Source of the DNA: Eledone cirrhosa | Taxonomy: Eukaryota | Reading direction: 5' to 3' | DNA: 64,000 nt | Assembly: GCA_964016885.1 (NCBI GenBank) | Contig: OZ024741.1 | Location: 206,708,001 to 206,772,000 of the forward strand | Shown here: positions 12,791-25,140 of the stretch, one piece after another | How the letters are laid out: each line of letters starts with the position of its first letter | Numbering within the stretch: the stretch's first letter is position 1 | The notes under the pieces: generated by a model | The model's input: only the letters and a program-made list of their open reading frames with translations | The model's database searches: none | What the model was told of the DNA's origin: nothing | Position numbers and translations under genes: made by a program

Positions 12791-13020
12791 CAATCGAAAG
12801 GTTGTAAGTTCAATTCTCGGACCGGGTGATGTGTTGTTTCCTTGAGCAAGAGACTTTATTTCACGTTGCTCCAGTTTACTCAGCTGTAGAAATGAGTACC
12901 GGCCTGCCCGCCCAGCCAGTGGGATGGCGTTATCTTATGGCTAAAACAGCACGACGTGCTGTGAGCAACGGCGCCGATTGGCGCCCGAAACACTGGTCGG
13001 TCAAGGTGATCAAGGTGATA
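12790..13020 (+). mobile_element. SINE of a second family (CORE-like body), head truncated
   Basis: B-box-like AGTTCAATTC, then GTTTCCTTGAGCAAGAGACTTT...CTCAGCTGTAGAAATGAGTACC; flanked by (TA)n. Confidence 0.6.
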
Positions 13021-13297
13021 TATATATATCTTACACACATACACACGTACACATAAATAGTATCTTTTTTTCTGATTAACCATTAAATGATACATTCAAT
13101 TATATATATATATATATATATAATTTCTTAAATACGTATTTTTACACATTTCACAATGCTTCAAGCAAACTTTAACACCCTCATATATATATATATATAT
13201 ATCGATACTGACAGAGAAAATAACCAGGACGAACACACAGACACACAAAATAGAGTAGATAATAACAATGAGCCAGAGGAAAAAGACAGGAGTAATA

Positions 13298-13348
13298 ATT
13301 GTTTCTACTTTAGGCACAAGGCCAGCAGTTATCCAGTGCATTACTGGT
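13298..13348 (-). mobile_element. SINE S1 3' fragment inserted in Naiad copy 1
   Basis: absent at the homologous site of copy 2 (about 44143, GTAATAATGAGAG). Confidence 0.85.
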
Positions 13349-15977
13349 GAGAGACATAGAAACAACCATGAGACTGTTGGTGGAAATTGGAATAGAAACA
13401 ACACAACTAACAATAACAATAGCAATAGTACACATAAAGCAGCAGCCTGGAACTCTACTTTTTATAATCCTTCCGATAATCTTTAGCTTTTAACAAATGC
13501 ACGCAATTGCCGTCGCAGATCGATGAACAAACAAAAGCACAATTTAGTATAGCTAGATCTAAACTTAGAAATATTATAGAACATTATAGCAAGAAGCAAA
13601 ATAGAATGGAGGCCCAGCAACTGGGAGAAAAATCTGTAAATGGCTTGCGTAAGCTCATGCGTCGCTCGCGTAATGGAGAGATTACATGCTTTCCAACAGA
13701 GAAGTCTGTCAGAATGTCGGTTGACAGTCTGTCAAACAACATCCAGGCAATGCAACCCCACATCACTAACACAAGAGCATGAGCATAGGGAAAAAACCCT
13801 CAATGCCCATATGATGATGTGGACAAATATAATGCAGCCCAACAAAAGGACTGCCAACAACTTCCAGGCCTGGAACAATGACGTGCCAGCTTTGAATGGG
13901 CTTCGAAAAGACCATAAAATAAGCAGTGACCCTGTCACAGGAGCACCAACACGGCCAGTCTGTGGAGCTAACATTGCTAGTAACTACAGACTTTCCTACT
14001 TCCTCTCCCTGATCATACGCCCCATCATTGAAATGTCCCCAGATATACGTGACAGCACGGAGAACCTCCTCAGCAGAATCGGCGAGAGTAACCGATCTAG
14101 GGACCTAACAAACTGTATAATAGGTAGTATGGATGTTGTGTCCCTATATCCATTTATTGACATGGATTTCGCTGTGCAGAAATGCATGGAAATGATCAGT
14201 GAGAGCAATGTTGAATTCCGTGGGATTGATACCAGTGAGCTAGGACTCCTATTTAAACTTACCTATAGTAATGATTATCTAGATACATATGACCTTAGCA
14301 ACCTGTGCCCTACAAGACCAGCAAGGGGCAGACGCCCTATCATTACCTCAATGGCCAAGAAAACCCACACAGATAGATGGAACGGGTGGACCAGAGTCAT
14401 ACGGACCCCCGAAAACCACGATGAACTAAAGAAAATGATTGCACATGCGGTGGGGTTCCAGTATAAAATTAACCCTTAAGGAACATATGTTCAAATTTAA
14501 TGGAAAAACCCAAGAGGAGGGAGCAGCCATTGGTGTTAGCATTGCAGGTGACATAGCTAACCTATTCATGGTATGTTGGGACAATAGACTTAACTTAAAC
14601 TTAAAGAACAATTAGAAGACAGCAACCTCTTAACCCTGATAATGTATTCCCGCTACGTTGATGATATAAACATCGTTAACAGCCCCACTAGAGAACAGTC
14701 AGGAATTAGAGAAAAAACACCATGGAAAGCATCCAGCAAATAGCTAACTCCATCCACCAGAGTATTAGAATTACTATAGACTACCCAAGCAAACACCCCA
14801 ACCATCGATTACCTGTACTAGACATAGAGCTCTGGTTAGATACCATTAATAACAAAACAAAAATCCTCCATTCCCATTATGCCAAACCCATGACTTCCAA
14901 ATATCTGATCCACCGAAACTCAGCTGTTTCGGACCACACCAAAATCAACATACTGATTGCGGATTTGGTACGGGTGATGAGAAACGTGTCCCGCATGTGC
15001 AACCCCAAAGAACTAGAGACACACATACAACACTTCATCCACCGTATGCAGTTCTCTGGTTACAATCAGAGAGATAAAATCAGAGTATATAGAGGAGCCA
15101 GAACCAAATGGGAAAAAATGGTAAATAATGACACAAATGGGACCTGCCCCCTGTATAGGAGCAAATTTTGGAATAGAATAGAAAGAACTAGGAATAAGGT
15201 TAATATAATAATCTCATGGTATGACAGCAATAAATACCAGTGTGTAATGTTCTTCGATACAACCCCTAGAGGTGAATTAGCTTACAAATTTAGAAGGGCC
15301 CTAGATAAACATAAACTCAATATTAAGATAGTAGAAAGACAGGTACCTCCATAAAAACACTTATGAGCAATACATACCATTTTCAAAGACCTCTGTGTAT
15401 AGATAAGAAATGTATAAACTGTAATTTAAGCCCCCATATTAACTGTAAAACTAGAAATGTAATATATAGCATAAGATGTACTGAAGGACAATGTAGAGAT
15501 AAGAATATAGTGTACATAGGTGAGACAGCTCGTAGTATAGGGGAACGGATAAATGAACACTGGCTAGAGCTTCTAGATAGTAAAGAATCATCTATACTCT
15601 ACCAACATGCTAAAATAGAACATAAGGGTAAATTAAAGAACATAGAAGTAAAAATAGAATCTACACACAGAAAAGACGCAATGTTTAGACAAATCACAGA
15701 GGCAATAAACATAAATGAACTCCAACTAAAATTAAATAGAAAACATGAATGAAACAGCAACATCACAACTTACAATTAAGGACAAAATGAAAACACACAC
15801 ACACATAGAACAAACAACCAACCAGTAACATGTAAATAAACAAATAAATAAACAAATATAAACACTCACAGACACCCGGATGTAACACATGCGCAAACTA
15901 AGCACACAACACACACACAAACAAGATGGCGTAGGACAGAACAAAGGAGAGGCACAGAAACAAAGAATGAATCCCCA

Positions 15978-16020
15978 GTCACTGAAGAGGTCACAGAATG
16001 TGTGACGAAAGAATTTTGAC
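15978..16020 (+). ncRNA. minimal type I hammerhead ribozyme (Naiad pseudo-LTR)
   Basis: gtca-CTGAAGAG-gtcaca gaatg tgtgac-GAAA-gaattt-tgac. Confidence 0.75.
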
Positions 16021-16230
16021 AATATATGAACAATCATCTGGTTGTGGAACCAACCAACCAACCGGAAATTTATAAATTCCTAAATTTATAAATTTAATTT
16101 ATAATAAATTGAAGTGAAAGCAACTGGTGCGTGTGTTTCTTATTGGCAACATGACCCTCCCAAAGTATAACAATATCGGTTTCAACACACCTTTTCAGAT
16201 AAAGAATCTTGCTAAACAAATTCAGAAACG

Positions 16231-16300
<70 letters not shown>

Positions 16301-17579
16301 CAGTACCAATTGTATTTTGTAGGGTCACTGAGGTTGTGTTGAGGAAAGTGGGTAACCATGACTCTTGTTACAGTGGGAAGCAATGCTAAAATCTTCAGAC
16401 TGGAGATTTTTCCTGAATGTTTACAACTGTGTTAACACATTTTACCGCAAATCATTACATTTAAGCGCACCATATGTTCTCTTCGCATTTATATACCATC
16501 CCTCCTCTGTTCTCCAAATTTTCTCTTCAGTATTAAAAACTATTGCAATTCTGAATTTCGAAAACGATTCTGGGATTCCACGATGTAAGGTGTCCTTTAG
16601 TGAAATTTAAGAATATTCATTACATTTTTAATTTTTATATCGATAAATTTTCTCTCTAAAACAATTTTAGTTTCATTTAAGGTTTTATCAAAATAAGGGA
16701 AGAGGTGAACATTGTCCGTAAAATATAGGTACAGGTTCCATGAATATTAGAAAATCATATAACATTCTATAACAAAATATGATTGAGTATCACTGCAATA
16801 AGCTATTGTATTTGGACACTCAAGTGTTCACTTCACTGCTGTAAAACATATCTGTATGTATACTTAAGTACTTACTTCATTACAATAAACCATTGTATCT
16901 ATGTACGCTAATGTTCTTTTCATCACTATAAATCATTGTATGCTCTATATGCTCTGTTAATCCTTATATATCATAGTATTAGTGAACATTTGTTATTTCT
17001 TCAATGCTCTAAACCCCGAAACATATTTTGTCTCAAAATCTTTACACGATTTTCGAAAAATCGCTGAATACCTAGTTATATTTTATTGGCATTCGTCCCA
17101 CTCTAATGTTAAGACATTAAGTAAAAAAAAAATTTGTTTTAAACAGAAATGTTACATTGTATTAAAATACATTTCACCCGCATTCCTGTGGTTTCGTGGA
17201 ACCCATTTTGGACAACACTTCTATAAACTATTTCTGTTTTCTATTAATTAAGATAAACGACTGCATTAATGTACTCCAAATGTTTTCTCTTTTTATGAAA
17301 ATGGTCTTATTGCTATAAGCCAATGTTTTTCATTATACCTAATTGGTGTCTGTTAGCATTCAGATCCATTTAATATGACAATTTAGAAAGTTTAGCTTTC
17401 GTGACCTATTGCGAGTGTCAGACTTGATTGAGAAATTCCAAGTTAAGAATGATTTGTGGGTTTCATTAAGAATTAAAATTTTAGATTTAAGATGCGTGAC
17501 TTCAAGAAAAGTCTTTGATATTCGGAATTTTATTGAAATATACTAGAGTGAAACTTCTATTAAATGAACGTAATGTTTC

Positions 17580-17730
17580 CAGGCATGGCTGTGTGGAAAA
17601 GAGGTTCATTTTGCAATATATTGGTTTCAAGTTCGATCCCGCTCTACAGAACGTTGGTTAAGTCCATTCGACCATACCACAAAAGGAGCGCTCAATGCTT
17701 TGCAAGTGAAATTTGGTCGACAGAAATTGT
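17580..17730 (+). mobile_element. decayed tRNA-derived SINE (third family)
   Basis: TGGCTGTGTGG A box, AGTTCGATCC B box. Confidence 0.55.
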
Positions 17731-18164
17731 ATGTACAAGGGACCATTTCTTTTTTTGTGTCAGAATTAATCCATTACTCGGTCTAACATCCTCACCCTGG
17801 TAGTTTACTGGTTTCAGCGGAATACATTCTATTGTAAGCATGTGTACGAGGACTCCATTCTAAGGTTAACTTCGCCACTTCTTTGAAGTTATCTTAGTTG
17901 CTCCGAAAAAGAGTCAGGTGCGTTGCCTTTCCTCTTCTGACTAAGACATTAAACGTACATTTATTATGTTATATTTCATACATAATTATGACGGTCTTCT
18001 CTTTGAGACATAGTATGAATGCATGAATTAATACTTCACTTTTCATCGAGTCGTACGGGCACCGCCGCCCAGGACATTTAAATGAGATAGGGGTGGGGGG
18101 GATTAAGTGAGAAAGTGAGAAAGTGTAAATGAAAAGAAAAGAGGGAGAATCGACGCACGTACTG

Positions 18165-18298
18165 AATTGGTACTATATTTATCGACTCCAAAGTTTGAAA
18201 AGCAGAGGTCACCTCGGAAGAATTTGAAATCAAAACCGGAACGAATACCGGGTATAATTCTGTCCGACGTTCTAACGACTTTGTCAATTCACCGCCTG
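18165..18298 (-). mobile_element. old SINE S1 copy
   Basis: TGGTACT..TTTATCGAC..ACCTCGGAAGAATTTGAA..AATTCACCGCC on the plus strand. Confidence 0.65.
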
Positions 18299-19398
18299 AG
18301 ACATAACATAATTATACCATTTAACGCAGCGTGACGTTTCATTTTAAATATAGTAGGATGCAATGAAAAGGAAACTTGGCTGAGATTTCTTGTAGGTTGA
18401 ACATCACGTGATGCTCTCTCGCTGACTCAGCCTGTTACGATGGATAGTTTCGGCTGCACGAGAGTTGAAATACAGTCAGTGATCGACTCAGCGAGACATC
18501 AGACAAATTAGCTGACTGTATGTAGGAGTTGTTTCAGGAGTGGAAGAGTAGAGTGGCATGATTAATATATTGCATAGCTCTTTTAAATGTCTTACAAATG
18601 AAAAATGTAACTCTCATGGGGGAGGGGAAAATTTACCCCCGAATGGGGAGCTAACCCGAATGGTTCCAACATAGAGAACCCCGCTAAAGGCACTCATCAA
18701 ATGTATTAATGGTATGGAGGTGATATCTATAATGTTAACTTTTATTAACGTTCAACAACAACAATCGTATCAACAAAACAGCAGCAGCAGCAATACTACT
18801 TATAAACACAATAACAACAGCCGTAGCAGCAACGACAGCAACAACAACAGCAATCGTAGTATTACGAACAACACCAATGGCAGCGATTGTAACAATAATA
18901 ACTACAGCAACAGCAAAAAACATCAACAGCAGCCACTGCTGCATGCCTGTTTCAGATTCAGGAAATATAATTTTCATGTGTGTGGGAGAGTGGGGGTGGT
19001 GGGGGTATACAATGAAACCATGATACATTGAAAGGCAGGAATCGTATAACATACTGTTGATTAAAGAAATCGAATTACCAGAATGATGAAATATCAGGAT
19101 GATGAATTGGCAGAACAGAATCTACAGACTGATAAAAGAACAGAAATCAGAATAGAAAGCGACAAATCTTATTGACAATCAATTATATAGAAACGATATG
19201 CCGAGGGAAATATTTTAACATGCCATATTAAATCTTTGAAAAACTGAGCTTAAAATGGAACTCAAGATTGTTTACAACTGTCAAATTGGTGATGTAACGT
19301 CATCGATATGTAAAAATCACAAGTCCTCTTCGATCACGAAATTCATCTATCTATCTATCAATCCATTTATCATCTATCTACCTATTTATCTATCTATC

Positions 19399-22300
19399 GC
19401 TGATAGTAGACGTGTGTTCCTTCGGTTGCAGCCTTTTGGATTTGTATTACGTTTTTGACTATGAGTTTGTTTTTCATTTGCTTTATCTGTGTGACCTAAC
19501 CTTCCGCCTGGACTTGCAGAAGGGTGGTTATTTTATTTTTACCCCTTTTGGGGGGTAAAAACTACTTTGAAAAATGTGTATACCAACTTACAATAATGGA
19601 CACCATACATGAAAACACCACTGCCCCCCCCCCCCCCCTCAGGGAAAGTGATAAAGAGCAACAAGTAACTCAACCTACTGAAGCTTCCCTTCTCTCGCTT
19701 TCGCATGCGAGTATGGAAGTGGATTTGGCGAACAATTCTAAAAACCTTGGTAATAACCCAAACAATGGAAACAGTAAATTGAAAGAATGTATAAATTACA
19801 CTGACACCCACAACACCAACACAAATAACAAAGAAAATAACACAAACACACACAAAAGCGAAAACAGCAGCAACAATGACAAAGTAAACAACATAAAGGT
19901 GAACTCAAAACCCGAAAAAATGGGTGAAAACCCAAAAAACTGTACCGCAAACAACAACAACCAAAACGCACACACCCAAGAAAACAAGAACAACAGCAAC
20001 GAAGCACAAAAAAAGGCCCCACAACACGAGTATCCTTTGCCCAGGTCGTTAAGGAGACCGAAATTTTCACTCCAGTTGACATCAGTAATGCAGCGGAATT
20101 GCTAAAAGAGGGGAGAAAACAGGTGAGCTTTGGTGAAAACGGTGAATTCACCATAATCTCCTCTAAGGAGATTAAAAGAGACACGGTCCTAAGGACAATT
20201 AATTTTAGAACTATATCAAATGCGTCTAAAAAACCAGCTCAATTATCGCATTGCGAAATTGAGCTGGTGTTAAAAGACGCGTTGAAGGACTTCATTTTTA
20301 TTGAGAGAGGGAAGTTATATGGGAGTCTGACAATTTTGATGAAGGACCAATTGGTGGCCCAAAAATACTCGGTGCCGCCAATTGTGTCCACACACCTACA
20401 TGGGGAAGAAAACTAAAAAAATAACAATCTTCTGTATACACCCACATACAAATATGTGGTGGATACTCGGAGGGATACTGGACGACGAAGATGAACTCCT
20501 TGATATAGGCAAAGCCACCAGGAGCCACTTTGGCGGTATAGGCATGCAGGTTCTGGTTCGAATGAAACCAGAACGTATCGCAAAGATACCCCAAAGAGTG
20601 TCCCTGGAAGGCTGCCATTTTATGAACATTGCAGTTGAGGGTGAGCTTCCCGCTTGCTACCTCTGTGGAGGCAGAGGTCACCTGAGGGCTGCCTGTCTTC
20701 AACAAACTAAAAGACCTTTACTACCAACACCTCCAAAAACAACAACACCAGCACCACCACCACAACAACAACAAACAACAATTCAACAAAAAACTGAACA
20801 CAGACCTACCCAAACCTTCCACACCCATAACAACTCCACAAACAAAAACACAATCACCACCACCACCCCAAAAACAACAATCACAACAAGTCAACAAAAA
20901 ACTGAACACGGTCCCACCTAAACCCTCCCCACCTAAAACAACTCCAACAACATACATAACAAAACCACAAAATATACCCCTCCCCTCCAACATGGAAGAG
21001 GATCCCTTAACGTCAGAAGACGAGGGGGAACCCTTAAAAAAAAAAACGAAAAAAAAAGAAAACACACCGCACCCACACAAAAGAAAATAACCCCTCCCCA
21101 ACACAAAACACCAAAAGATACAGAACAAAAACCAACAAAAATTACACAGACACAGCTATACACATACTTCAACACAAACAATATAAAAATTGTAAACAAA
21201 TTGAACAAAACCCTTCGGTTTGCACCGAAGGGCCAAATTTCACGAGGGCCACAGAGAACCCCTCTTTAAAAATGATTAAAACTCTGATAGACTAAAAGAC
21301 AATTTTCCTGAGGACGTTCCCCCCCCCCCCGTGTAAAACCAATGAATCGAGTCCTCTTGAAAACATTTCCAACCCCACCCAGACACCCACACCACACCAA
21401 ACACCCCAACCCCACCACACTCTGATGTCCCTACCCCACCCAACAACCCTTCCCCCACCGCCATGGAAATTGTGCGACCTGGTCCCCGGGACGCAGAGAG
21501 GTAGGTGCCTGCTTTTTCTCTTTACCACCAACATGGCTGTATTGAGAGTGGCTTGTCTAAATGCGCGTGGTCTGGGCTCATATTGGAAACAAGGAAAACT
21601 TGTAAATGACCTCAGGTCACGCTGTATAAATGTGATTATCATTTGCGAGGCCCGGATCAGCAGCGTGCGCCCCCTTTGACGACTTCGAGATGCACGCATC
21701 TCTCTGTCAGCCCGGAGCTGGGAGTGGGGTTGTCGTTCTGCTGCAAAAACGTCTGGGTCTCGCCGCACAGACGGTACATCTGGACCCGAAGGGTCGACTG
21801 GTGGTTTTAGACGTTGGCAGTGGTGAAGGCGGTGCCTTTAGGCTGGTCGCCGCCTACGCCCCTTTTGGGTCAGCGCGACCGGACTTCTTCCAACGTCTGG
21901 AGACTTTTATGGGGACGTCCCACTCCTTGCTTTTAGTGGGGGACTGGAATGGTATCCTAGATGCACGTTGGGACTATGTAGGGGCATGTCCCGATAGAGG
22001 GGGTGTAACAGCCTCAAGGAGTTAATCGGCCGATTTGACCTGGCCGATAGATATCGACTAGATTTTCCGACTGCGCCAACCTGGACTTGGGCAAACCGCA
22101 GCGGATCATCTAGGTCGTACCTAGTTAGAAATAAGGATAGGGACCTTTTAAGCTGTCCAGAGATGCTCATGTTTGGCTATTCGGATCACAAATTAGTGAC
22201 CTGCATTCTCAACCTTGATAGAAACCATAGGAAGGGACCCGGTTACTGAAAACTGAACTTGTCCTTACCGGCAAGTAAATTGTACAGGGACCGGATTAGT

Positions 22301-25124
22301 ACATTAGTTAAGGTGTGGTTGACGGGAGCGATCGTCAACAGCGGGTGGTGGGCATCTCTCAAAAGAGAGATTAGAGTAGTTTCAATAGCATTTAGTAAGG
22401 AGTTAGCCTCAGATAGAAATAGGAAGGAAAGGGGGTTGGTAGATAGTGTAGAAGAGGCAAATAAAAGCGGTGGCGTGGCCAGAGTGCTAGCGTCGAGAAC
22501 GGCCTTGGGCCAGTTCTTTGACGCGAAGAACGAAGGCTGCGTTGTCCGAAGCAAAATACGTGCTCTAACAAACGAGGGGACCAAAGCTGTTAGCTGGGCC
22601 CGCGTGACAGAAGCCAAAAGAGGGATTAGATCCACTATCCGGTCTTTGCGAGACCAGGATGGACGGGTGATCCTTGAAACTATGCAGATGTGTGAAGCCT
22701 TTCAAAGGTACTTTGCCAGATTGTTCGGGAGGGGCGGGGGGCATGATGGGAATGTGGACTTCGGTCCATACCTCGACGGCCTGCCGCGTCTTTCGGACGA
22801 GGAGGCGAAGTCCTGCGAGGGGCCGATTCCAGCTGGTGAAATAGGGGACGTGCTGAGCCAATGCGGCAAACGCAAATCACCGGGTCTCGATGGACTTCCA
22901 TACAAACCATATCTAGCTATGCCGGACTTGTTCCCCGATCTCCTCGAGGCAGTCTACTGCAACTGGCAACAGAACGGGAGAATTTCCTCTTCTGTGACCA
23001 AGGGCGTAGTCTCCATAGTGAGGAAGGACGAGAACAAGGGGGACCAAATAAGTAATTTCAGGCCCATATCTCTGCTAAATGCAGAGTTAAAGATTTTGGC
23101 CAAGGTGTTAGCAAACAGGTTGGCGCTTATCATGGGCAACCTGGTGGGATATGCGAAGAGATATGCTATCCCGTCCAGGTCCATCTACGACAAACTCCAC
23201 CTTATGCGATACATCATAGAGAGGGTTGGGAACGAATCCGGCTTTGGTGGGGCCCTGATCAACTTGGATCAATCTAAGGCGTTCGATAAGGTCGACTATG
23301 GTTACCTGGATGCGGTGCTAGCGGCGGCAGATTTCAGACCCGGTTTCAGGGGCTGGATCACTGCCATCCACAGAAGCCGCATCTGCTCTAGAGTCAAGGT
23401 GAACGGCTACATCTCGGAGCCGTTCGTAATCACGCGGTCCATCCGACAGGGGTGCCCTCCCTCCTCCCTTCTGTATGTAATGGCTCTCGAGCCACTACTG
23501 CGGAAGTTAGAGCTGTTGCAGGGAATCCCCTTGGAACTGGGATTGCGGAAAGCAGTGTCGGCCTACGCCGATTACGTGACAGTAATGATGACGTGCGCCT
23601 CGGAAATCGGGCAGATCGGCACCTTACTGGAGGAGTACGAAAGGTTTACAGGGGCTAAGCTGAACCGGGACAAGCCGATCAGTTTGCAACTCGGCACGTG
23701 GAGGGGCAAATCGATGCCCTCCGATGGAGTCGTCGGACGCCATACGCCCGGTGAAGAAGAACTGGGGTGAGGTAACGAACAGGGTGTTTGCACAGACCCA
23801 GAAGTGGGCCGAGTGCAAACTATCCCTGAAAGGTCGGGCGGAGGTGGCGAATACTTATATAGCGTCAGTCATCTACTACCGCCTGGCCGTCGTGCCTTGC
23901 CCAAGGGATGCGCTCACCAAAATGGAGCGCGCACGCTTCCAATTCCTTTGGAGAAAGCGGGTTCCTTTGGTGAAGAGATCCAACTGCTGTCAACACACTT
24001 CGAAAGGAGGGCTGGGGAAGCCGTGGCTGCTGATGCGTAAACACGCATTAAGGCTACGGCACCTCCAGGTATTCCTCACCGGTCAACCGGTGTGGGCCCC
24101 GTTTGTCAGATGAACCTTTCCGAGACTCGTCTCACTCACCGAGCTGCAATCCTGGGTCAAGCAAAGACCGAGAAAACTGGGCGCTTGGCACACCGAGTGT
24201 GCCCAGGCGCTCACGGCTCTCTGGCGGGCAGACCCGGATATCAGTGGAGACTCCACCTCGACATTCTATAGAGGGCTGGTGCGCAGCAGGTGCGACGACG
24301 CCCTCGGAGAAGCCCTAGACATGGAGGGAGACGAACTGGCCAGCCTGTTCGGTAGGACATTTATCCCGGGGCGTATGGACAACTTCCAGAGGTCACTGGC
24401 CTGGCAGTGCTACTGAGGGGCGCTGCCCGTTCGAGAAAAGCTCTACAGACACGGTCGCCCGGGTAGGGACACCTAGAAAAAGATCTGTCCCAGATTCGTG
24501 CGCGACGAGCAAACCGTCGCGCATGCTTTAGTACACTGCCTGGGCGTCGCCGATCTGTGGGGCTATGTCGAACGACTGTTGTCACGGGTGGAACCTATCC
24601 GGTTGACCACCGAGTTCATTATAACGATCAACCCCCCCCCCCCCCTTCAAAAATGAAGGAGAGGCGGTGTTTCTGTGCCTCGGTGAAAGAGCCTGTATGG
24701 TGAACGCGTTTGAAAAGGCTGAGGTCGGGCACCTTTCTCTCCGGTCAACAACTGGTCCTTTTCTTCCGATATCATTTCGGAAGAAGGATCAGGATGGAGA
24801 ACGAGGTGCTCCACCCCAGCCAGTTTTATGAAAGGTGGATGAAAGTTGCGAGAATGGCCCATGTGAATGGGCCTTCTCTCTATATCAGCCTGTAGGTGAA
24901 AAAGATGGAAGAACAAGGGAGCACACTCTCTCTGTGCTCCTGAGGAGAAGGGTTGCACACTTTTTCGGGGGTGTGTGCGACCCCCAAAACGCCTCCTCCC
25001 TATTGAGAACTATATTGTTAATTTTATATTTGTTATTTGTTTTTTTACTCGTTCTTTTGTGTAAACTCCCCTCCCCCTAGCATTTGTCCCTTCTTTTGTG
25101 CTCTCGTGGCAATAAATAGAAATT
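19399..25124 (+). mobile_element. full-length, decayed Tx1 copy 3
   Basis: starts GCTGATAGTAGACGTG right after degenerate (TATC)n at 19345-19398; ORF1 19596-21504 with CYLCGGRGHLRAAC; ORF2 21533-24895 with stops and frameshifts; AATAAA 25111; TATC tail. Confidence 0.93.
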
Positions 25125-25140
25125 TATCTATCTATCTATC

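Larger units (their letters stand above)
13202..16233 (+). mobile_element. Naiad-type Penelope-like element, copy 1 (5' truncated, frameshifted) with 3' pseudo-LTR
   Basis: FPTEKS, GLRKDHK, RPVCGA, SMDVVSLYP with a long insertion after this motif, RYVDD, VIYSIRC..YIGET GIY-YIG; pseudo-LTR about 15870-16233; (TA)n on both sides. Confidence 0.88.

Noticed and set aside
18714-19052. Gln/Asn-rich ORF
   Set aside because: Degenerate (CAA/CAG)n low-complexity tract with no domain or splice support
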